Shown in pieces: positions 42,381 to 50,302 of a DNA stretch of 64,000 nucleotides (positions are counted from its first letter, which is position 1; the number at the start of each line of letters is the position of its first letter). Both the position numbers and the translations under genes were made by a program. The notes beneath the pieces are model-generated. The model was not told the DNA's origin. It saw only the letters and a list, made by a program, of their open reading frames with translations, and did no database searches. This stretch comes from Flavobacteriales bacterium (GTDB taxonomy: Bacteria > Bacteroidota > Bacteroidia > Flavobacteriales_F > PHOS-HE28): positions 4,586-68,585 of the forward strand of contig JAGPDT010000009.1 in the NCBI GenBank assembly GCA_018057455.1, in the 5' to 3' direction.

Positions 42381-43148
42381 GTGGCCATGGTGCGCTTTGG
42401 CCTCATCGGCCGCAAACTGGGGCACAGCTTCAGCAAAGACCACTTCACCAAGGTCTTTGCCAAGGCCGGCCTGAAAGACCACCGCTACGACCTCTTCGAG
42501 CTGGCCGGGGTGAAAGCATTTCCCGCTTTACTGGCCCATACGCCGGGGTTACGCGGGCTCAATGTCACCATTCCCTTCAAGGAAGCCGTGATCCCCTACC
42601 TGGACGAGCTGGACCCGCTGGCCGCCGCCGTGGGGGCCGTGAACACCATTGACATTCGCCAGGGCCGCACCGTTGGCCACAACACGGATGTGGCCGGTTT
42701 CCGCGCCTTGATCACCGGACGAATCCCCATGCTCAGCGACCCCGGCAGTGCCATCAAGCCCAGGGCCTTGGTATTGGGCAGCGGTGGTGCCAGCAGGGCC
42801 GTGGCCTTCGTGCTGCGCGACATGGGCATCCGCTTCCGCATCGTAAGCCGCAGCCGCGAGCGTGGCGACCTCACCTGGGACCTGCTGGACCCCACCATCC
42901 TGCGGGTGTGCCGCCTGGTCATCAACACCACCCCGCTGGGCATGCACCCCCGTGTGAAAGAAGTCCCCCCCCTGCCCTACGCCGCACTCACCGCCAAGCA
43001 CACCTTGGTCGACCTGGTGTACAATCCGGAGGAAACGGTGTTTCTGCGCCATGCCAAGGAGCACGGAGCCATGGCCATCGGCGGCTTGGGCATGCTGAAG
43101 GCGCAAGCCGAAGAAGCCTGGCGGATCTGGCGGTCACCTTCCGGCTGA
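42381..43148 (+). CDS. aroE: shikimate dehydrogenase
   Basis: FGLIGRKLGHSFSKDHF, NVTIPFKE, NTD and GSGGASRAV. Confidence 0.85.
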   Translation: MAMVRFGLIGRKLGHSFSKDHFTKVFAKAGLKDHRYDLFELAGVKAFPALLAHTPGLRGLNVTIPFKEAVIPYLDELDPLAAAVGAVNTIDIRQGRTVGHNTDVAGFRALITGRIPMLSDPGSAIKPRALVLGSGGASRAVAFVLRDMGIRFRIVSRSRERGDLTWDLLDPTILRVCRLVINTTPLGMHPRVKEVPPLPYAALTAKHTLVDLVYNPEETVFLRHAKEHGAMAIGGLGMLKAQAEEAWRIWRSPSG

Positions 43149-43174
43149 TTCCACCTGCGCATACCGGTGGAGGT

Positions 43175-43672
43175 TCAATCGAGTTCCCTTAGCAGTGCGC
43201 CCAGGTCCAGCCGGCGCGTGTACATGGTGAGCGTACCGTCCAGCTCCCTGGGCCATTGTTCCCGGGGCCGGTCCCAGTACAGCTCCACGCCGTTGCCGTC
43301 GGGATCATCCAAGTACAGGGCTTCGGAAACGCCGTGGTCCGAAGCACCCGTCAGCCGTTGCCCGGCCTCGTTCAATCGGTCCAGTATGGCGGCAAGGTCG
43401 CGGCGCGTGGGGTACACGATGGCCGTGTGGAAAAGGCCCACCGAACGCGGTTCAGCGTGCGGCGAGCCCTTGCTGTACCACGTGTTCAGCCCGATGTGGT
43501 GGTGGTAGCCCCCGGCGGAAACGAACGCTGCCTCGGTGCCGTACCGCATCATGAGTTCAAAACCGAGCAAGCCGCAATAAAAGCCCAACGAGCGCTCCAA
43601 GTCGGCCACCTTCAAGTGGACATGGCCGATGCGTGCCGCAGCCGGGATGATGTACGTTGATGTGTTGTCCAT
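43175..43672 (-). CDS. VOC/glyoxalase-family protein (extradiol-dioxygenase-like)
   Basis: IGHVHLKVADLERSLGFYCGLLGFE...HHHIGLN...HTAIVYP...SEALYLDDPDGNGVELY. Confidence 0.8.
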   Translation of the reverse strand: MDNTSTYIIPAAARIGHVHLKVADLERSLGFYCGLLGFELMMRYGTEAAFVSAGGYHHHIGLNTWYSKGSPHAEPRSVGLFHTAIVYPTRRDLAAILDRLNEAGQRLTGASDHGVSEALYLDDPDGNGVELYWDRPREQWPRELDGTLTMYTRRLDLGALLRELD

Positions 43673-43708
43673 GGGGAGCCGTTCCCGCAAAGCTCGGTAC
43701 GGACCGTG

Positions 43709-44398
43709 TCAGATCCGCGCCATCACTGCCTCCACCAGCCGGTCGCAATGGCTGTTGCCGAACTCGAAGGCCGGCGCTTCTGCATGGTGCTTCCAGATCG
43801 CCTCCTTCAGCATGTCCTTGGCCCGGTGCAGGCGCACCTTCACATTGCTCTCGGATAGGTCCAGGCATTGCGCCGTTTCGGCCACGTTCATCCCCTCCAC
43901 CTCCCGCAGCATGTATACGGCGCGGTAGCCTTCCGGGAGCTTGTCGATGGCCTGCTCCAGCAGCTTGCGGTGCTCACCTTGTATGGTGCGTTGTTCGGGG
44001 TTCATCGCTCCGGTATCAGGTAGTTGGCCCAATTGTTCCATGCGCACGTCCGGGTCCGCGTGTACGCGCATCGTACGCGCCTTCCTCAGTTGTTGCAGCG
44101 CCTCATTGATGCCGATCCGCACCAGCCACGTGGAAAAGGCCGCCTCCCCCTTGAACTGGTCCAACTTCGCATACGCCTTCAGCTAGGTATCCTGCATGGC
44201 ATCTTGCACGTCCTCTTCTTTGTGCAGATAGCTGCGCACGGCGCGGAAAAGCGTTTGGTTGTAGCGCCGCATGAGGATCTCGTACAAACCCTTCTCCCCG
44301 TGCACCACCCGCTGTACCACTTCACTGTCCGCCATCGTGGCGGCCTGTGGCCCGCTCGTCCGTCCAATCGCTTCCATCCCTTTTTCTTCTTGGGCCAT
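43709..44398 (-). pseudogene. ECF (sigma-70 family) RNA polymerase sigma factor interrupted by an in-frame TAG
   Basis: ORFs 44183..44515 and 43709..44164 share one frame. The reading is ...VQDAMQDT-TAG-LKAYAKLDQFKGEAAFSTWLVRIGINEAL (region 2), then ...YRAVYMLREVEGMNVAETAQCLDLSESNVKVRLHRAK (region 4). The TAG lies at 44183-44185. Confidence 0.75.
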
Positions 44399-44574
44399 GG
44401 CCCGTTCATCCGCGGCCTCGTACATTGGATGCGGAAGCCACAACAAGGTTACAACTTCCTGTAACCCCGTGCCCCGAACCGCATCCAATGGACCACGAAC
44501 TTCATGCGGGAACACGAACCAATGGCCTACATGGGGGTTAACTTCAACAGCATTCCAACCAAACTCCCGATTCC

Positions 44575-45240
44575 ATGGAATTTCCCGTTACCGTCCTGAA
44601 GAAAGAACAACTCACCCACGACGTGGTGCGCCTCACCTTGGCACGCCCCAAGGGCTACGACTTCTTTGCCGGGCAGGCAATCGACTTCCGCTTGGACCGG
44701 CCTGAAGTAAAGGACAAGGTATCACCCTTCACCTTCACCGGACTGAACACCGCAGACCATTTGGAACTCACCATCAAATGCTATCCGGCCCATCACGGCA
44801 TGACCGAACAGGTCGCGAAGCTTCAGGCCGGCGATGAAGTGATCATCAGTGAACCCTTCGACACGGTGGCCTTGAAGGGGCCGGGCATCTTCATAGCAGG
44901 TGGAACGGGTGCCACCCCGTTCATCGCCATCCTGCGCCAACTGCAGGCGGACGGCAAACTGCCCGGCAATGCCTTTTTCTTTTTCAACAAGAAAAAGGAG
45001 GATGTGTTCATGGAAGATGAATTCCGTGGCATGCTCGGCAAGGATTTCCACCCCGTGCTCAGCAGCGAAGCCGCGCCCGGCTACCTGAACGGCATGGTGA
45101 ACACCGACTTCCTCAAGTCGCACATCACCAACTTCAAGCAGCCTTTCTACACCTGCGGGCCCGAGGGCTTCGTGAACGCCGTGAAGAACGCGTTGGTGCA
45201 CCTGGGCGCCAGCGAGAACATGATCGACGTACAGTTCTGA
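44575..45240 (+). CDS. ferredoxin-NADP-reductase-like FAD/NAD(P)-binding oxidoreductase
   Basis: RPFTF-like SPFTFTG and the NAD motif IFIAGGTGATPF. Length 221 aa. Confidence 0.75.
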   Translation: MEFPVTVLKKEQLTHDVVRLTLARPKGYDFFAGQAIDFRLDRPEVKDKVSPFTFTGLNTADHLELTIKCYPAHHGMTEQVAKLQAGDEVIISEPFDTVALKGPGIFIAGGTGATPFIAILRQLQADGKLPGNAFFFFNKKKEDVFMEDEFRGMLGKDFHPVLSSEAAPGYLNGMVNTDFLKSHITNFKQPFYTCGPEGFVNAVKNALVHLGASENMIDVQF

Positions 45241-45896
45241 TGAGCAACGCACACACCAACGGGCATGCCGTGGGATCCACCCTGCACTTCCCACCGCGGG
45301 AAACACATTTGCATGCCATACCCAAGGCTGACCCCGATGTGGAAAAGATGGCCATCATCGGCCACCACTTCGCGCGGATCATGGAAGCACTCGGACTGGA
45401 CCTCACCGACCCCAGCCTGCACGAAACGCCACAGCGCGTGGCCAAGATGTTCGTCAAGGAAGTCTTCAGCGGACTGGACGAGCGCAACTTCCCCAAGATC
45501 ACCACCTTCCCGAACGACTACGGCTACGGCGAAATGCTCGTGGAGAAGAACATCAGCCTGCACACCTTTTGCGAGCATCATTTCCTGCCCATCATCGGCA
45601 AGGTGCATGTGGCCTACTTCCCCGGTGAAAAGGTGGTGGGCCTCAGCAAGCTGAACCGCTTGGTGAAGCATTACGCAAGGCGGCCGCAGGTGCAGGAGCG
45701 CCTGACCATGCAGATCGCCGAAGGCCTGCAACACGTACTTGGCACCGAGGATGTAGCCGTGTACATCGAAGCCGACCACCTCTGCGTGGCCGCCCGCGGC
45801 GTGGAGGACACCAAGAGCGCCACCGTCACCAGCCACTTCGGCGGGCGCTTCAAGGAGCCGGAGGAACGCCGAGGCTTTTTGGAAGCGGTGAAGTAG
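45240..45896 (+). CDS. folE: GTP cyclohydrolase I
   Basis: TFCEHHFLPIIGKVHVAYFP and RPQVQERLT. The ATG overlaps the upstream TGA by 1 nt. Confidence 0.95.
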   Translation: MSNAHTNGHAVGSTLHFPPRETHLHAIPKADPDVEKMAIIGHHFARIMEALGLDLTDPSLHETPQRVAKMFVKEVFSGLDERNFPKITTFPNDYGYGEMLVEKNISLHTFCEHHFLPIIGKVHVAYFPGEKVVGLSKLNRLVKHYARRPQVQERLTMQIAEGLQHVLGTEDVAVYIEADHLCVAARGVEDTKSATVTSHFGGRFKEPEERRGFLEAVK

Positions 45897-46021
45897 ATCA
45901 CCGCTGTTGGTCGAATGGAATTCGGACAGGGATGGACACGGTTTCAACCGTGTCCGTCCATGTCCCTAAAAGTCCATTCATGGTGCCTACCATTGCAACC
46001 ACCGGCCAGCAACGAAACCAC

Positions 46022-47482
46022 ATGGACCACCACTTGGACCATATCCTCCAAAACATCGAAAAGAACGAGCAGCACGGACGTGCGCTGGAGATCCCATCCG
46101 CAGAGCGCCATGCCGCCTTGGCCGAAGTCACCGGTTACGCCAACGATTTCCTCAACAGCCTGAGCGAGCGCAAAGCTTACGAGGCAGAAGGCTACGACCG
46201 CACCGAAGCGGACCAGCTTTTCGAGCCGGGTGAAACCGGCACGGAGATCGCCCCGCTGCTCGATTTCCTCGGCCAGCGCGTGGACCGCACCGGCCTGAAC
46301 CCCGCATCCGGCGGGCACTTGGGCTACATCCCCGGCGGCGGCATACCGGCAGCGGCCATGGGCGACTACCTGGCCGCCGTCACCAACCGCTATGCGGGCA
46401 ACTTCTTCGCCGGGCCGGGCGCGGTGCGCATGGAAAACGCCATGGTGCGCTGGGCCGCTGAATTGGTGGGCTTTGAAAAAGGCTTCGGCGGCAGCCTCAC
46501 CAGCGGTGGCAGCATGGCCAACCTCACCGCCATCGCCACCGCGCGCACCGCTCACGGACTGAAGGGCAAGGACCTGGAGCATTGCGTGGTCTACCTCTCG
46601 CAGCAGGCCCACCACAGCATTCATAAAGCGCTGCGCCTCACCGGGCTGGAAGAGTGCATCATCCGGGAGATCGCCTTGGATGAACACTTCCGCATGCAGC
46701 CGGATGCGCTGAGCAAACAAGTTGAAGCGGATGAAAATGCCGGCCTCCGTCCCTTCCTGCTGATCGCCAACGCCGGCAGCACCGACGTGGGCGCCGTGGA
46801 CCCGCTGGAAGCCTTGGCGGACATTGCGGCGGAGCATAAGCTCTGGTACCACGTGGATGCGGCCTACGGCGGCTTCTTCCTCCTCACCCAGCACGGCAAG
46901 CAGATCATGCAAGGCATCCACCGCGCCGATTCCGTGGTGCTGGACCCGCACAAGGGCCTCTTTCTGCCCTACGGCACCGGCATGGTGCTGGCCAAGGACA
47001 TCCGCCACCTGCTGCAAGCCAACCGCTACGAAGCCCAGTACATGCAGGACACCCGGGAGCAGACCTTGGAACACTCCCCTGCCGAACTCTCACCGGAGCT
47101 GAGCAAGCACTTCCGCGGCCTGCGGATGTGGTTGCCCCTGAAACTGCACGGCATCGCGCCCTTCCGTGCCTGCTTGGAGGAAAAGCTGTGGCTCGCCCGT
47201 TACTTCCGCATCCGGGTGGCCGCCTTGGGCTTCGAGGTAGGCCCCGAGCCGGACCTCTCGGTAATTTTCTTCCGCTACGTGCCCGCCACCGGCGATGCCG
47301 ATGCCTTCAACCAACGCCTGGCCCAAGCCATCCAGCGCGACGGCCGCATCTTCATCTCCACCACCGTGCTGAACGGGAAGTTCGTGCTGCGCTTTGCGGC
47401 GCTCTCCTTCCGCACGCACAAGCGGGAAGCGGATGTGCTGTTGGATCTGTTGAAGGATGGAGTGGTGGAGGCTGGGGGATAA
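46022..47482 (+). CDS. PLP-dependent group II (aromatic-amino-acid-type) decarboxylase
   Basis: SGGSMANLTAIATAR, HVDAAYGG and the PLP-Lys context DPHKGLFLPYG. Start moved to MDHHLDHIL. Confidence 0.85.
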   Translation: MDHHLDHILQNIEKNEQHGRALEIPSAERHAALAEVTGYANDFLNSLSERKAYEAEGYDRTEADQLFEPGETGTEIAPLLDFLGQRVDRTGLNPASGGHLGYIPGGGIPAAAMGDYLAAVTNRYAGNFFAGPGAVRMENAMVRWAAELVGFEKGFGGSLTSGGSMANLTAIATARTAHGLKGKDLEHCVVYLSQQAHHSIHKALRLTGLEECIIREIALDEHFRMQPDALSKQVEADENAGLRPFLLIANAGSTDVGAVDPLEALADIAAEHKLWYHVDAAYGGFFLLTQHGKQIMQGIHRADSVVLDPHKGLFLPYGTGMVLAKDIRHLLQANRYEAQYMQDTREQTLEHSPAELSPELSKHFRGLRMWLPLKLHGIAPFRACLEEKLWLARYFRIRVAALGFEVGPEPDLSVIFFRYVPATGDADAFNQRLAQAIQRDGRIFISTTVLNGKFVLRFAALSFRTHKREADVLLDLLKDGVVEAGG

Positions 47483-47615
47483 CGTTCTCGGGCTTTGCGT
47501 TCGGGCGGGTTTCGGAGCACTTTCCTGTCTGCCAGCACTAAACTTGATACTAAGCACAAAGCTCCAAGTTTGCACGTCACCCCGCCTGACGCAAAACCCG
47601 TGTTACCAGCCGTAA

Positions 47616-48557
47616 TTATTTCTTTAGTCTTATTTTCCACGCAAAGTCAATACTTATTAAATGCTCATAAACAAATTTGTTTGTCAGTGTCGGTCGAAAA
47701 AAAGTCGGTCTGTATATAACGCCAATATTGAAATGCTCACCAAGTTGAAAATAGGTCGGAAAGACTAACCCAAAAGCATTGTGAGTTCTTTTTATCGGTT
47801 CTCTTGTTGGTGGCGGTGGGTCAAATCTGTCATAATATCTAAAGTCCCAAGTGTTTTTTGCATAAGATAGTCCGTATCCCAATGAAAAACGCCCAAGTCT
47901 ATGATTATTAGAGACACTTACATATCTTGAACTCATCAATTCATACTCACCACTTATGTCAACTGCTGCTGGGAATGGAACAAAAAAGTCTGACACCCCC
48001 GAAATTCCAACATTTAAGAATTGGTTCTTTGAATGATAATAATCAAGTCCTACTGTCAAGCCCCAAAATCCAGTATTAGATTTTGCACCTTCATTTTCAG
48101 GGTTTAGACTAAATGAGTTTATATGAGGTAATGATATGTGCAGGTGTAATTCACCTTTGTTGTTTGCTTGTCCATATCTGTAATATCTGCTGATTGTGTC
48201 TGTAGAGTTTATATAAATTCTTTGTGGGTAGGAATAGCGTTTAGGATTCTTTCTGTCAACAAGCATTCCAATGCCATAATTGCAAAAAATGTTGCTCCAA
48301 TACATAAAAGAGTTCTTTGGCTCAACTTCAAATTCTTTGGTCAGACTATCTGTCAAGGCAGTAATCTTTATTGGCTCTTTTTTTCTCTCAACTTGCAAAT
48401 TTACTTTATTGTCTATGGTGTTAATTGTGTCTCGATTTAAAATAATCTTACTCGGTTCAGTTGTGTAAATAGTTATGTTCTTATGCGATTGGTTAATAAT
48501 TGTCGCACAAGAAGTCAAAAGAATTGAAAATGTCAATATGTAAAGTGTCTGTCTCAT
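47616..48557 (-). CDS. lipoprotein, probable outer-membrane beta-barrel; AT-rich foreign-looking gene
   Basis: MRQTLYILTFSILLTSC (lipobox). N/K/I/Y-rich, beta-strand-like C-terminal half. A hand count of nt 47641-47700 gives 19/60 G+C. Confidence 0.7.
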   Translation of the reverse strand: MRQTLYILTFSILLTSCATIINQSHKNITIYTTEPSKIILNRDTINTIDNKVNLQVERKKEPIKITALTDSLTKEFEVEPKNSFMYWSNIFCNYGIGMLVDRKNPKRYSYPQRIYINSTDTISRYYRYGQANNKGELHLHISLPHINSFSLNPENEGAKSNTGFWGLTVGLDYYHSKNQFLNVGISGVSDFFVPFPAAVDISGEYELMSSRYVSVSNNHRLGRFSLGYGLSYAKNTWDFRYYDRFDPPPPTREPIKRTHNAFGLVFPTYFQLGEHFNIGVIYRPTFFRPTLTNKFVYEHLISIDFAWKIRLKK

Positions 48558-48828
48558 ATTATGGCTGGTAACTCCTAAATAGACGAAGGTTTGTAAATGC
48601 GCTTGTTCGTGCAAGTGATTGAGGACCAAGCAAATGCTTCGCTGCAACACAGCATGCGCATTGCGTCAAGCCGCCGAGGATGGTGTGGCATAGGCATGTT
48701 GCTTCAGGTCAGCGCGGGAAACATGGTTGCTTTTGCATGATCCAAAAATCGCTGATCCTTGAGAGCGCGGCTCATACGGGTTAGCCCAGCGAACCTAAGC
48801 AGCAATTGCCAAATCCCAACCGCCTTGT

Positions 48829-48906
48829 TCAGATCATCCGCAACCGCGAACCCCAATACCGATGTTCGAGCCAGCTCTTGAACAAGGGGTCGATCCACTC
48901 GGGGGT
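48829..48906 (-). pseudogene. C-terminal remnant of a second ATPase paralogue
   Basis: TPEWIDPLFKSWLEHRYWG resembles the C-terminus TEWLDPLFRIWMQQRYW of the intact ATPase at 49022..50182. No matching upstream coding body is present. Confidence 0.45.
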
Positions 48907-49021
48907 TGTAACACGATTGTTTGTAACAGGTCCGTTACATGCAATGGGCCGAGCATGCCTTGTACAAGAATGCCTCCCATTCACGGGCGCTCGCGTGAGG
49001 TGTATATAGCGGCACCGGAAT

Positions 49022-50182
49022 TTACCGTGGCGCTTCCCCCAGCTCCCCCGGCGACCAATAGCGCTGCTGCATCCAGATGCGGAACAAGGGATCGAGCCAT
49101 TCCGTTTCCGGCCCTTCAAAGTCCAGGATGTCCTTGGCGCGCATGGCATCGCGGATGCGCCCCACGTTCCCGGAGGTGCCAAGGCCGTAGCGGTCCACCA
49201 CTTCCTTGGAGCTCATCTTCGTTTCCCCGGAGAGCACGGCCTTCAGGAAACCGAGCTGGGGCAGGGTGAACTCCTCCACGATCCGCTGGTACAGCATGGC
49301 ATGGTGGTCCAGCAGGTGCTCCATGGCTTGGTCGATGTCGGCTGCCTTGCATTGCTTTTTGCTCAGCAGGAACGTGCTGTAGGCCAGTTGCTGCACGCCG
49401 TACGGATGGTTGCCCATGCGCGTGGCGATGTCGTCCGCCAGCGCCGTGCTGATGCGCTTCCCCCCGGCGATGAACCGTTCGGGGATGTAGCTGACCCAGT
49501 AATGGTGCTCGATCTTGTCCAGCAGCATCAGGTCGCCGAAGCGGTAGAACGGCCGGTCGTATCCGGTGAAGATCTCCATCATCAAGTGGCGGCGGCTGCC
49601 GTAGAGGCAATAGACGGCCCGTTGGTGGTGCTGCCAGTTGGCCCGCAAGCGCTGTTGGAAGGAGAGCGGGTCGCTGAAGCGGTCGATGCTCTGGAACTCG
49701 TCCAGGCAGACCACCAGCGTGATGCCTTTGGCCTTGGACAATTGCTCCGGAAGGTCCAGGATGTCGTCGCGGGAACGTTCCAGCTCCTTCCATTGCGCGG
49801 TGAACTTGATCTCACTGTTCGGGTCGATGCCCACCTGCACGAAGGGCACCAGCTGCTTGAGGAACTGCTTGATGTCCGCCAGCCGATCTTCCATTTTGGT
49901 GGATGCGGCCTCCACCACCTGCTTGGCGAAGTGCGCGTAGAACTCCTCCTCGGTGCGCGTCTTGAACAGGTCGATGAAGCAGAAGCGCACCTTCTTGTCG
50001 CGCTTCATGTCCAGCGCCACCTGACGTACCAAGGAGGATTTCCCCCAACGGCGCGGCGAAACCAGCACGGTGCTGACGTGGTTGCGGATGTTGGCATCCA
50101 GGCGCTTGCGTTGCTGCTCCCTGTCGGTGAACAGGTCCAGCACGGCCACTTTGCCCAAGGGGAACGGCGTGATCCCTTCCAT
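49022..50182 (-). CDS. AAA+/STAND-type ATP-binding protein (archaeal-ATPase-like)
   Basis: FTDREQQRKRL...VLVSPRRWGKSSLV (Walker A) and VVCLDEFQ (Walker B). Start moved to MEGITPF. Confidence 0.75.
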   Translation of the reverse strand: MEGITPFPLGKVAVLDLFTDREQQRKRLDANIRNHVSTVLVSPRRWGKSSLVRQVALDMKRDKKVRFCFIDLFKTRTEEEFYAHFAKQVVEAASTKMEDRLADIKQFLKQLVPFVQVGIDPNSEIKFTAQWKELERSRDDILDLPEQLSKAKGITLVVCLDEFQSIDRFSDPLSFQQRLRANWQHHQRAVYCLYGSRRHLMMEIFTGYDRPFYRFGDLMLLDKIEHHYWVSYIPERFIAGGKRISTALADDIATRMGNHPYGVQQLAYSTFLLSKKQCKAADIDQAMEHLLDHHAMLYQRIVEEFTLPQLGFLKAVLSGETKMSSKEVVDRYGLGTSGNVGRIRDAMRAKDILDFEGPETEWLDPLFRIWMQQRYWSPGELGEAPR

Positions 50183-50188
50183 GAAGTG

Positions 50189-50196
50189 CAAATGTA
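50189..50196 (-). promoter_or_regulatory. candidate -7 box (TACATTTG on minus strand)
   Basis: Fits TAnnTTTG. It ends 6 nt upstream of the ATPase start and overlaps the first 15-bp repeat unit. Confidence 0.3.
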
Positions 50197-50267
50197 CGAT
50201 ACATTTTTGTATGATACAATAATGTATCATACAATTTTGTATGGTACTATCTTGTATAGCTATTCAT
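50193..50267. repeat. five phased 15-bp tandem repeats, each an imperfect TGTA-N3-TACA palindrome (iteron/operator-like)
   Basis: The units are TGTACGATACATTTT, TGTATGATACAATAA, TGTATCATACAATTT, TGTATGGTACTATCT and TGTATAGCTATTCAT. Confidence 0.8.
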
Positions 50268-50302
50268 ATGGGGCAGACGCCCGTGCCCTTTCACAGGCAA
50301 CC

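Noticed and set aside
44183-44185. The in-frame TAG in the sigma factor gene as programmed recoding (pyrrolysine or suppression).
   Set aside because: There are no pyl genes or a PYLIS-like context, and TAG is used as an ordinary stop elsewhere in the window, for example in the 31374..31958 gene. The expected residue is Tyr/Phe, one substitution away, so a nonsense mutation or sequencing error is simpler.
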